A DNA stretch of 64,000 nt from Spirochaetia bacterium (GTDB lineage: Bacteria > Spirochaetota > Spirochaetia > SZUA-6 > Bin103), in assembly GCA_965203055.1 (NCBI GenBank), contig OZ241863.1:4352001-4416000 (forward strand). Direction: 5' to 3'. A program made the translations under genes and the position numbers. Below the pieces are notes generated by a model. It had not been told where the DNA came from and searched no databases. It saw only the letters and a list, made by a program, of their open reading frames with translations. Shown here piece by piece: positions 19,667-28,339 of the stretch (the first letter of the stretch is position 1; each line of letters opens with the position of its first letter).

Positions 19667-20158
19667 CTATCCCCGGCTACCGCCGCCTGATTTGCCGCGA
19701 GAGGGGCGGGTGGGGGAATCAACCGAGACCATCTCAGCCGTAAGCCGCCGCACGAGTGCGCGCAGCCCGATCTCGTCGATGTCGATCACCGATTCGATGA
19801 ACGACCACGACACGCCGGCGCGCAACAGATCCTCGACGATGCCTACCTGTCCCTCCCGGCGCCCCTCTTTCCGGCCGTCTATCCGCCCCTCTTCCCGGAG
19901 TTGCTCTGCTACCCGGTTAAGCATCTCGATCGCGAAAGTACGCGACGGGAACGGCCATACACTTGGAGGCGGTACAGGTAAAATGGAAGTGGCAAGCGCG
20001 TCGAGAGCCTCCTGATCGATACCGGTAGCCTGTTCGATGATCGACCACTCGAGGCCGGCGCGCAGGAAGCTCTTGACCGTGGCCACCCGGCCTTCCAGTA
20101 CTGCCTTCCCGCGGGTTTCCTGACGGCCCTCCTCATGCAATATTTCCCCGGAGGTCAC
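19667..20158 (-). CDS. Stand-alone protein of two tandem Rpn C-terminal (RpnS-like) domains
   Basis: SD AGGAGG before GTG 20158; two units EEGR..G...EG....V...LRAG..WS.IE...ID matching the tail of Rpn at 7139-7369. Confidence 0.75.
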   Translation of the reverse strand: MTSGEILHEEGRQETRGKAVLEGRVATVKSFLRAGLEWSIIEQATGIDQEALDALATSILPVPPPSVWPFPSRTFAIEMLNRVAEQLREEGRIDGRKEGRREGQVGIVEDLLRAGVSWSFIESVIDIDEIGLRALVRRLTAEMVSVDSPTRPSRGKSGGGSRG

Positions 20159-20185
20159 ATCGCCTCCTGTTTCAGAGACCCCATG

Positions 20186-21775
20186 CTACATCCCCCACAC
20201 GGTGATCGGTGTGCCGGCGCTCGTCTCGGCGCGGCGGAACAGCTTGTCCTCCCAGGTCCGCTCCGGCCGGCGGTCGAACACTACCAGGTGCCCCTCCGCC
20301 GCGGAGCAGCGCTGCAGATAGGCGCGGGTCTGCGCCAGCCCTTCGCGGATGGTTTCCTCCAGCCCCCGCTGCGGGCGCACCACCTTGCATTCGATCACGG
20401 TCTTGCGCGCCGCGCCCGGCGGCGGCGCCGCCGGCCACACGAGCAGCAGGTCGGTGCGCATCCGCCCCAACCCGTACTCGCGATGGATCAGGCCGCCGCT
20501 GTTGACGATGCGCTGCAGGAACGCCTGCAACAACAACTGCGGCCCCGCTTCCTGGTACTGAAACCGCCGCACCCAGTGTTCCGAGTGCTCCCGGAAGAAC
20601 TCCTGAAACGCCCTCAGCAGCTTGGCCACGTTCAATCCTCCGCCGGCGTCCAGGTACCACACCGGCTGGTCGGTAATGCTCGCCTGCACGTGGCTGGTCA
20701 GTTCGCGCGGCACCACTTCCGCGTAGATCGGATTGGCCATGCGCAGCGGATCGTCGCGCGCGATCAGGCCCAGGTCGCGGACGTATTCGATGTCCGCCGC
20801 GGAGTACCGGCTTGCGCCGCCGCCGCTGAGCAGCGGCTCGATCACGTGGTGGACGCGCGCCTCCCGGAGCTTGTCGGCAAGTTGGTCGAGATGCGTGTCG
20901 CGGCGCAGGATCAGTTGCTCGCTCGCGCCGCGGATCGCGGCCGCGGTGACCGGGCGCCTGCGGTCGCGCCCGGTCTCGTCCTCGAAGCACGCCTGTTGGG
21001 CGAGCGCGTTCACCAGCCAGGGCTGGCCCTGCGTGAGTTCCCACACCTCATCGACCGCGTCCCCGGCCCACCGCTGGCCGGTCTCGGCGGTGTGCTGGCG
21101 CAGCAGCGCGCGCACCTCCGCCGGCGAGAAATCGTCCATGCGCAGCGACTTTACCTTGACGTTGAAGGCGCTGCCGCCGGTAACGATCTCGTTGCGGCTG
21201 GCCGAGCGGATGCGGTAGTCGCGCACGTCGCGCACGCCGCACAGGATGACGCTCTGCGGGAAGCGGCGCGGGCGGCGGGCATAGCCGGTGCGCAGTTGCC
21301 GCAACACCGCGATCAGGGTGTCGCCGATCAGCGCGTCGATCTCGTCGATCAGCAGCACCAGCGGCTTGCGGTCGGCCGCCGCCCAGCGGGCGAGCACTTC
21401 GCGCAGGCAGTTGTGCGGTCCGGCCCGGGCCAGCGCCTCCGGCCAGGTTGCCGCCGGAAACGAGTCCTCCAGCGTGGCGTACGCTTCATCGGCGAGCTCG
21501 TTGAGGATCGCGCGCATCGCCTCGGCCACGTCCTCACCCGCGGATTGGCCGCTTTCGACGTTCACGTAGACGCAGCGGCAGGCGCCGCCGGCGTTCAGCT
21601 CGTCCACCAGCGCCAGCAGGGCCGAGGTCTTGCCGGTCTGGCGCGGGGCGTGCAGCACGAAGTACTTCCAGTCGTCGATCAGGGACAGCAACTCGCCGCG
21701 GTCGAGCCGTTCCAGCGGCGGGACGTGGTAGTGCTTCTCCGGGATCATAGGTCCGGCGGTGTTGAAGAAGCGCAT
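20186..21775 (-). CDS. AAA-like ATPase with C-terminal PD-(D/E)XK nuclease-like domain
   Basis: MRFFNTAGP start, Walker A APRQTGKTS, Walker B LLIDEID, C-terminal REYGLGRMRTDLLL...VIECKV. Confidence 0.85.
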   Translation of the reverse strand: MRFFNTAGPMIPEKHYHVPPLERLDRGELLSLIDDWKYFVLHAPRQTGKTSALLALVDELNAGGACRCVYVNVESGQSAGEDVAEAMRAILNELADEAYATLEDSFPAATWPEALARAGPHNCLREVLARWAAADRKPLVLLIDEIDALIGDTLIAVLRQLRTGYARRPRRFPQSVILCGVRDVRDYRIRSASRNEIVTGGSAFNVKVKSLRMDDFSPAEVRALLRQHTAETGQRWAGDAVDEVWELTQGQPWLVNALAQQACFEDETGRDRRRPVTAAAIRGASEQLILRRDTHLDQLADKLREARVHHVIEPLLSGGGASRYSAADIEYVRDLGLIARDDPLRMANPIYAEVVPRELTSHVQASITDQPVWYLDAGGGLNVAKLLRAFQEFFREHSEHWVRRFQYQEAGPQLLLQAFLQRIVNSGGLIHREYGLGRMRTDLLLVWPAAPPPGAARKTVIECKVVRPQRGLEETIREGLAQTRAYLQRCSAAEGHLVVFDRRPERTWEDKLFRRAETSAGTPITVWGM

Positions 21776-21784
21776 CCTGCTTTG

Positions 21785-21812
21785 AGTGTGCCCCGCAGCC
21801 GGTTCCTGTCAA
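21785..21812 (-). promoter_or_regulatory. Putative sigma70 promoter of the AAA-nuclease gene
   Basis: Minus strand: TTGACA (21812-21807), 16 bp, CACACT (21790-21785), 9 nt, ATG. Confidence 0.6.
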
Positions 21813-21855
21813 CCGCTCCGGCCCTGCCGGGCGCACTTCCAAAACGTAGGTAGCG

Positions 21856-23259
21856 TCAGGCGGCCTGTGGCTGGGCCTCCTGCGGCACCGAGGCGGACAG
21901 CAGGCTCGCGTAGTCCCTTTTGAACCGCCCGCTCTTCACCGAGGTGCAGAGCTGCAGCATCCCCTGCGCCCCTCCCAACGACCAGATCATCCCGCTCCCC
22001 TTCAGCCGCGCCCCCACCATGTTCTTGCACGTACTCTCCACCGCCCCACTGCCGATCGGCAGCCCCTCCCGCCGGTACCGCCGGTAGTCCATCCGTCCCT
22101 GGTTGCTCTTCAAGTAGTTGATCTCCCCCTGCACCTCGTGCCGCTGCCGGGCACTCAACCCCCCGCCGTCGCGCAACTCCTCCAGCTCCTCTATCACTTC
22201 CCCCGCCCGACTGCCGCGCAGCATCGTCCGCCACCTCCGAAAGCATTCCTCTGCCTGCTTGCTCCTCTCCCCGTAGACGCTCCGACTCGCCTCCGCGAGA
22301 TGCTCGCAGGCGTGCCAGAAATCCAGGATGTACCACACCCGCAGCCCCCCTGCCGCCCAGGTCTCCGCCCGATCCCAAATCCATCCCGCCCCGTCGGCCA
22401 GCACTACCAGTTGCCGCGCCGCCCCCTCGCCGCAGCGCCGTTTCAGCTCCACTTCGATGCGCGGGAAGAACTGGTCGGCATGCTCGCTCGCCGCCACGTA
22501 GCTCGGCTTGCTGCTGCACTGCGCCTCCTGCTCCTCAGCGTCCCACTCCACCGCCGCCACCACCGCCACCTTGGCGTCCCGGTACTCCCGCTCGTAGCGC
22601 TTCTTCCCGGCATCATCTACCCGCTCCTTGCCGCGCACCGGCACCTTCCCCGCGTCGATGCATACCGCCACCGTCCCGCCAATCGGCTCGTGCAGCTCCG
22701 GCCCCGCCGCAGTCTGCTGGTAGTTGTCCACCTCCTGCTGGCGCTGCCGTTCCAACCCCTCCGTTACCTCCTGCACCATCGTGAACGCCTTCTTCTCCGA
22801 CACCAGCTCCCCGCCGTCGGCGCGGAACACCTCGTGAAACTGCCGCAGACTCTCTGCGTGCGCCTGGCGCGCTACGAACTGACTCAGAAAGTACTGGCAG
22901 CCCGGCGTATGGCCGCGCTTGATGCCGAGCCGCTCATCCAACGGCGCCCAGCCCTGGCCGCTACCGCTGGCGTAGTAGGCCCGTTCGTAGGGTACCGTCC
23001 CGAACAGTCCGTGCAGGGTCTTGGAGCGGTGGCCGACAAACCGATACGACACCCCGTTGCGCTGGACCGTGGCGCCGCGGTAATCGCGGCCCAGTTCCTT
23101 GAACCACTCCCCCATGGCAGCGCGGCACAGGCGCACCAAGCACTTGAGGAGACTCAGTTCTGCCCGCAACAGGTCGTGGGGACCGCTAGCGCGGCCCAGT
23201 TCGAGACCACAGGTGGCCTTGCAGTAGTTGAGAATCTCGGTTACCAATGAATCACACAT
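21856..23259 (-). CDS. DDE transposase (ISKra4/ISLre2-type, UPF0236-like)
   Basis: CIDAG, LADGAGWIW, LDFWHACEHL, RMDY..YR..GLPIGSGAVES, RLKGSGMIW. Confidence 0.92.
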   Translation of the reverse strand: MCDSLVTEILNYCKATCGLELGRASGPHDLLRAELSLLKCLVRLCRAAMGEWFKELGRDYRGATVQRNGVSYRFVGHRSKTLHGLFGTVPYERAYYASGSGQGWAPLDERLGIKRGHTPGCQYFLSQFVARQAHAESLRQFHEVFRADGGELVSEKKAFTMVQEVTEGLERQRQQEVDNYQQTAAGPELHEPIGGTVAVCIDAGKVPVRGKERVDDAGKKRYEREYRDAKVAVVAAVEWDAEEQEAQCSSKPSYVAASEHADQFFPRIEVELKRRCGEGAARQLVVLADGAGWIWDRAETWAAGGLRVWYILDFWHACEHLAEASRSVYGERSKQAEECFRRWRTMLRGSRAGEVIEELEELRDGGGLSARQRHEVQGEINYLKSNQGRMDYRRYRREGLPIGSGAVESTCKNMVGARLKGSGMIWSLGGAQGMLQLCTSVKSGRFKRDYASLLSASVPQEAQPQAA

Positions 23260-23264
23260 ATGTT

Positions 23265-23312
23265 GCCCTCCCAGTGACGGCCTGATGTTACATCACCTGT
23301 CGCTGGGAGGGC
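23265..23312 (-). promoter_or_regulatory. Stem-loop sequestering the transposase Shine-Dalgarno
   Basis: GCCCTCCCAG (23265-23274) and CTGGGAGGGC (23303-23312) are perfect inverted repeats, with inner TGATG/CATCA stem; the SD GGGAGGG is in the stem. Confidence 0.7.
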
Positions 23313-23378
23313 TTCTCTATTTGGGCCTACCTACAAATTGGAAGTGCGCCCGGCCCTGCCTGGCCTGCGCGCGTGATC

Positions 23379-24023
23379 CTACGTGCCGGCGCCGAGGTGG
23401 ATCGAGGACTCGTCCACGAACATCCGCCACACGCGGTACTTGGGGCTCTTCAAGCGCTGCGCGATGGTCGGGTTGGTACGCGGCTTGGCCGGCGTCCGCT
23501 GCAGGCGCATGTTGGCCCCCTGGGGGGTGCGGCTGCCCTTGCGGGAGTTGCAGGGTACGCACGCGGTGACCAGATTCTCCCAGGTGTCGCGCCCGCCGAG
23601 GGAACGCGGGATCACGTGGTCCACGGTGAGCTCCCGGCTCGGGAACCGCTGGCCGCAGTAGTGGCAGCGGCCGAGGTCGCGGGCATGGATGTTGCGCCGC
23701 GTCAGGCGCACCTCGCGTTGCGGCCGGCCGCTGTAGCGGAGCAGGCGAATGACGCGCGGAACGGCGATTACCAGACGCGGGGTATGCACCCAGTCGGGCG
23801 GATCATGCCCCTCCGGCTGCGCGTCGAAGCTGGAATTGGCGCGTACCAGCTCCGACCACAGAACCCACGCCGCCAGGTCGTAGGTCTGAAACTGGCCGGC
23901 GTCCGTGGTTACCACCTCCGCCGCTTCCCTGATGAGCAGAATGAAGGCGCGGCGGGCATTGGTGATCCGGACTGCGGTGTAGCCGCTGTTGAGGACAAGT
24001 ACGCTCGATTCGAGGGCTGACAC
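23379..24023 (-). CDS. HNH endonuclease (McrA-like small family)
   Basis: VLVLNSGY, TRRNIHARD..RCHYCG, TVDHVIPRSLGG..TWENLVTAC..CN..KG; GTG 24023 chosen as start. Confidence 0.9.
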   Translation of the reverse strand: MSALESSVLVLNSGYTAVRITNARRAFILLIREAAEVVTTDAGQFQTYDLAAWVLWSELVRANSSFDAQPEGHDPPDWVHTPRLVIAVPRVIRLLRYSGRPQREVRLTRRNIHARDLGRCHYCGQRFPSRELTVDHVIPRSLGGRDTWENLVTACVPCNSRKGSRTPQGANMRLQRTPAKPRTNPTIAQRLKSPKYRVWRMFVDESSIHLGAGT

Positions 24024-24167
24024 TGGTACACGCCACCTGGCCGCGAGTTGTAGCACGCGCGGGCCGCGCGATTCAAGTTAAGCGCAGCGCCGGGCGGCGC
24101 CCGCCCGGGGCCGCGCCATTCGGCGCCAGCGATGCGCGGGTACTGGATTTGATGCTACCATTCGCCT

Positions 24168-25271
24168 ATGGCCGATCCTCGTTACCAACGCTTGGCCGAC
24201 ATCATCGTCCATCACTCCTGCGCCGTAGGCGCGGGCGACAAGGTGCTGATCGAGGCGTTCGACATGCCGGAGCAGTTCCTGGAGGTGCTCATCGACGCGA
24301 TTGCCGCGGCCGGCGGCCATCCCCTGTGCGTCACCAAGAGCAACCGCGTGCTGCGCGCCCTGTACCGCAACGCCACTCCCGAACAGATGCGGGTGTGGGG
24401 CAGCGTCGAGCTCCGGCAGATGGAGCAGATGCAGTGTTACGTCGGCCTGCGCGGTACCCTGAACAGCACCGAGCTGGGCGACGTGCCGCACGAGCGCTAC
24501 GCCCACTACTCGCGCTACGTGTGGAACGCGGTGCACACCGAGATGCGCATCAAGAAGACCCGCTGGGTGGTGCTGCGCTGGCCGACGCCCTCCATGGCGC
24601 AGCAGGCGCAGATGAGCACCGCCGCGTTCGAGGATTTCTACTTCGAGGTATGCACCGTCGACTATCCGGCGCTGGCCCGCTCCATGGCGCCGTTGCAGGA
24701 GCTGATGGAGCGCACTGACCGGGTGCGCGTCGTGGGTCCGGGCACCGACCTGCGGTTCTCGATCGCCGGCATTCCGGTGGTGGGTTGCGCGGGCGAGCGC
24801 AACATCCCCGACGGCGAGATGTTCACCAGTCCGGTACGCGATTCGGTCGAGGGTACCCTGACCGTCAACACCCCCAGCCTCAACCGCGGCGTCGTGTTCG
24901 ACGGCATTCGCCTCGATTTCTCCGCCGGCAGGATCGTCAGCGCCGTCGCCAACCATACCGCCCGGCTGGAGCAGATCCTGGACACCGACGCCGGAGCGCG
25001 CTATGTCGGCGAGTTCTCCCTGGGGTTCAACCCGCGCATCATGCAGCCGATGCTGGACACGCTGTTCGACGAGAAGATCGCCGGCTCCTTTCACTTCACG
25101 CCGGGGCAGGCCTACGAGGAGGCCGACAACGGCAACCGCTCCGAGGTGCACTGGGACCTGGTGGTGATCCAGCGGCCGGAGTTCGGCGGCGGTGAGATCT
25201 ACTTCGACGACCGCCTGATCCGCAAGGACGGGCAGTTCGTGGCCGACGAGTTGCGCGCGCTGAACCCGTGA
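24168..25271 (+). CDS. Aminopeptidase, M29 family (AmpS/PepS-like)
   Basis: NIPDGEMFTSP, GEFSLGFN, LFDEKIAGSFHFTPG, N.SEVHWDLV. Confidence 0.92.
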   Translation: MADPRYQRLADIIVHHSCAVGAGDKVLIEAFDMPEQFLEVLIDAIAAAGGHPLCVTKSNRVLRALYRNATPEQMRVWGSVELRQMEQMQCYVGLRGTLNSTELGDVPHERYAHYSRYVWNAVHTEMRIKKTRWVVLRWPTPSMAQQAQMSTAAFEDFYFEVCTVDYPALARSMAPLQELMERTDRVRVVGPGTDLRFSIAGIPVVGCAGERNIPDGEMFTSPVRDSVEGTLTVNTPSLNRGVVFDGIRLDFSAGRIVSAVANHTARLEQILDTDAGARYVGEFSLGFNPRIMQPMLDTLFDEKIAGSFHFTPGQAYEEADNGNRSEVHWDLVVIQRPEFGGGEIYFDDRLIRKDGQFVADELRALNP

Positions 25272-25272
25272 G

Positions 25273-26298
25273 TCAGTCCGCCGCCGCTTCCCGTTGGCGG
25301 CTGGCGAACTGCTGCCAGGCGATCATGGCGAGCGTGGCCAATATGGGGCCGATCACGAAGCCGATCAGTCCCAGCCAGGCGAGGCCGCCGAGGGTCGCCA
25401 GCAGCACCAGAGCCGGATGCAGCCCGGAACGATCTCCGACCAGCTTCGGGCGCAGCACGTTCTGGCTCAGCACCACGCCGGCCACTCCCGCGACGATCAG
25501 GCCGACGCCGCGGCCGACGTTACCCTGGATGATCAGCACGATGCCGGCCGGCACGATCGCCACGTTGATGCCCACCATCGGCAGCGCCGACAGGACCACC
25601 ATGAGCAATCCCCACAGCGCAGGAGAGGGGATTCCGAACAGCGCGAACAGCAATCCGCCGAAGGTGCCTTCCAGCACCCCGATGAACAGGGTGCCGAGTA
25701 CCGTTGCATCCAGCGTGCGGGCGGCATGCCGTATCAGTTCGTCCGTCTTGGCGCGGTCCAGCGGCAGCAACCGGTAGAGGCGGTCCACCAGCTTGTCGCC
25801 GTCCAGCAGCAGATAGATCACCAGAAAGCCGGTCACCACCGCGCGCACCAGCCAGGCGGCGAGACTGCTCAACGCCGTCTGGGACAGGCTCAGGATCCGG
25901 TTTACCACGTTGCCCACCAGCTCGGAGAGGCGCTGCCCCAGTTGATATTGTTCCACCAGCGCTTCCACCGCGGGCAGCCGCTGCTGGAACCACGCCAGCA
26001 GCTTCGGCCAGTCCGAACGGATCGCCTGCACCCCCTGCTCCACCGAGGTAAGCACGAGCCCGAGCAGGAGAACGGGCACCGCGCCGACCAGCACCAGCGC
26101 TACCATGATCAGCGCCGTCGCGGCGCCGCGCGCGACGCCGCGACGCAGCAGCCAGGTCAGCGGGTGGCGCAGCAGCAGCGCCAGGATCACCGCCATGACG
26201 ATGGCCACCAGATAGGGCGTCAACAGCCGGATGAACGCGGCGCTGAGCGCCACCAACAGCACAATGAAGAACGCGTCCTGAACCTGCTTGCGAGTCAC
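25273..26298 (-). CDS. AI-2E family transporter
   Basis: Multi-TM; YLLLDG, NVLRPKLVG, LHPALVLLATLGG...GLIGFVIGP. Confidence 0.88.
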   Translation of the reverse strand: MTRKQVQDAFFIVLLVALSAAFIRLLTPYLVAIVMAVILALLLRHPLTWLLRRGVARGAATALIMVALVLVGAVPVLLLGLVLTSVEQGVQAIRSDWPKLLAWFQQRLPAVEALVEQYQLGQRLSELVGNVVNRILSLSQTALSSLAAWLVRAVVTGFLVIYLLLDGDKLVDRLYRLLPLDRAKTDELIRHAARTLDATVLGTLFIGVLEGTFGGLLFALFGIPSPALWGLLMVVLSALPMVGINVAIVPAGIVLIIQGNVGRGVGLIVAGVAGVVLSQNVLRPKLVGDRSGLHPALVLLATLGGLAWLGLIGFVIGPILATLAMIAWQQFASRQREAAAD

Positions 26299-26485
26299 GT
26301 CAATCGAAGGCGCTGCAACGCTGCTGCGTCAGCATAACCGTGGCATGATGGTTCCTTGCAGCCGGTGATGGTGTCAACACCGGGCGCTGGCGGCCGTGGC
26401 GGGCGCGCCGGCAGGGGGAGGACCGCTGCGGACCTGTGGGGCCCGCGGCGTAGACGCCGCCCGCGCGGTTGGGCATGCTGCGGTC

Positions 26486-27718
26486 ATGAACGCCACCGCA
26501 TCAGCGATCGCGGCCGCCTGCGACCGCCTCGCCGCGGCCCTGACCCGGAACGGGATCGACTTCGCCGCGGTCAAGGAGAAGCTCAAGGCGCAGGCCATCG
26601 AGACCCCTTCCTGGGGGTACGGCAACAGCGGTACCCGCTTCAAGGTGTTTCCCTGGCCGGGCGCGGCCCGCAACATCTACGAGAAGCTGGATGATGCGGC
26701 CTACCTCCACCGCCTTACCGGGGCCGCGCCGACGGTGGCGCTGCACATTCCGTGGGACCGGGTGGAGGACTGGCCGGCGCTCGGGCACTACGCGGCCGAG
26801 CGCGGAATCGGCATCGGAGCGATCAACCCCAACCTGTTCCAGGACGAGAGCTACAAGCTGGGCAGCATTTGCCACCCGTCGGCGGAGGTCAGGGAGCGCG
26901 CCGCGGCGCACATGATCGAGTGTTGCGGGATCATGGCCGCGGCCGGCAGCGACCTGCTCAGCGTGTGGCTGGCGGACGGCACCAATTACGCCGGCCAGGA
27001 CAGCATGGCCGCCCGCAAGGCGCGGCTGGAGGAGGCGCTGGCCGAGGTGTACCGCCACCTGCCGGCCGGCGCGCGCATGCTGTTGGAGTACAAGTTCTTC
27101 GAGCCGGGGTTCTATCACACCGATCTGGCCGACTGGGGCATCGCCTACGCCACCGCCCTCAAGCTGGGACCGCAGGCCGAGGTGCTGGTGGATACCGGGC
27201 ATCACGCGCTGTCCACCAACATCGCCCACGTCGTGAGCTATCTGCTGGCCGAGGGGCGGCTGGGCGGATTCCACTTCAACGCGCGCCGCTACGCCGACGA
27301 CGACCTGATCGTCGGCACCACCAATCCGTTCGAGCTGTTCGAGATCTTCTGCGAGCTGGTGCGGGCGGGCGAGGCCGCCGCGGCGGTGGCGTACATGATC
27401 GATCAGAGCCACAACGTCGAGCCGAAGCTGGAAGCGATGCTGGTCAGCGTGCTCAACTGCCAGACCGCCTACGCCAAGGCGCTGATCGTCGACTACGAGA
27501 CCCTGCGCGCGCGCCAGGCGGAGGGAGACGTGCTCGGCGCGCACCGCGTGTACGTGGACGCCTTCGAGACCGACGTCCGGCCGCTGCTGGCGCAAGTCCG
27601 TCTGGAGCAGGACCTGCCGCCCGATCCGCTGGCCGCCTACCGGGCGGATGACCGCGCTGCGCGCCTCGCCGCCGAGCGCGGCGTGGCGCAGACCGGCGGC
27701 GGGGGATACCCGGGGTGA
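26486..27718 (+). CDS. rhaI: L-rhamnose isomerase (RhaI, xylose-isomerase-like)
   Basis: [59 protein letters not shown]. Confidence 0.9.
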   Translation: MNATASAIAAACDRLAAALTRNGIDFAAVKEKLKAQAIETPSWGYGNSGTRFKVFPWPGAARNIYEKLDDAAYLHRLTGAAPTVALHIPWDRVEDWPALGHYAAERGIGIGAINPNLFQDESYKLGSICHPSAEVRERAAAHMIECCGIMAAAGSDLLSVWLADGTNYAGQDSMAARKARLEEALAEVYRHLPAGARMLLEYKFFEPGFYHTDLADWGIAYATALKLGPQAEVLVDTGHHALSTNIAHVVSYLLAEGRLGGFHFNARRYADDDLIVGTTNPFELFEIFCELVRAGEAAAAVAYMIDQSHNVEPKLEAMLVSVLNCQTAYAKALIVDYETLRARQAEGDVLGAHRVYVDAFETDVRPLLAQVRLEQDLPPDPLAAYRADDRAARLAAERGVAQTGGGGYPG

Positions 27719-27742
27719 GGCGCCGTACGCTCCGGCTCCGTT

Positions 27743-28162
27743 TCAGTCGGTGTCGGCCGGCGGCCCCTCGCCCGCGCTGCTGAACGCAGCCACCGCCACC
27801 AGCCCGGAGACGACGGCGTTGGCGGCCAGCCAGGCGCGCTCGTCGGCAATGGTGCGCTCCAGCAGCACGCCGAAGAACGGGAACACCAGGTAGGGCGCCG
27901 GGCTCAACGCCGCGGCCGCCAGACGGACCGCCAGCGCCAGGCCCGCGCCGATGGCGGCGCCGGCGGCGAACAGGCGGCTGATCACCCCGCTCTCCTCCAG
28001 CCAGGAATTGATGAACAGCAGCAGCACCGGCAGCGACGCCGAGTAGAACAGGAAGAAGCCGCGGCCCTCCTCGCCGAGGAGGAGCGCGTCCAAATCCGGG
28101 ATGCGGTATGCGAACACGCCGGCGATTACGGCCACCGCCACCACCAGCACGAGGCGCAGCAT
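27743..28162 (-). CDS. Hypothetical membrane protein (139 aa)
   Basis: Hydrophobic tail of ORF 27743..29377 starting MLRLVLVVAVAV; fills the rhaI-alaS gap. Confidence 0.65.
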   Translation of the reverse strand: MLRLVLVVAVAVIAGVFAYRIPDLDALLLGEEGRGFFLFYSASLPVLLLFINSWLEESGVISRLFAAGAAIGAGLALAVRLAAAALSPAPYLVFPFFGVLLERTIADERAWLAANAVVSGLVAVAAFSSAGEGPPADTD

Positions 28163-28339
28163 CGCCGCATCCTGCACCGGGGGCCGCACGCAGGGAAAGC
28201 CGGCCGCGCGCCGCGCTGCGCGCCGCGCGCACCGGCCCGGTTGCGGCCCCCGGGCGACTCGCGCGCGGCCGCCGCGCGGGCCGCGCCGCGGCGGTCTGCA
28301 ACGGAACGCCCGCTTCTGGTAGGGTGCAGCTCGACAAGC

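Larger units (their letters stand above)
21829..23351 (-). mobile_element. Complete 1523-bp insertion sequence, ISKra4/ISLre2-type (prokaryotic Mutator-like)
   Basis: 25-bp imperfect IRs GGGCGCACTTCCAAAACGTAGGTAG (21829-21853) and GGGCGCACTTCCAATTTGTAGGTAG (reverse complement of 23327-23351); 9-bp target duplication GGCCCTGCC at 21820-21828 and 23352-23360. Confidence 0.95.

Noticed and set aside
23379..24023. HNH gene next to the IS as IscB or IS cargo
   Set aside because: Lies outside the IR and target duplication; no RuvC or PLMP features.
28170..28300. GC-rich self-complementary intergenic tracts (also 40420-40550, 62415-62480) as ncRNA, REP or CRISPR
   Set aside because: Low-complexity G/C with no shared unit or spacer periodicity; sit in divergent promoter gaps.
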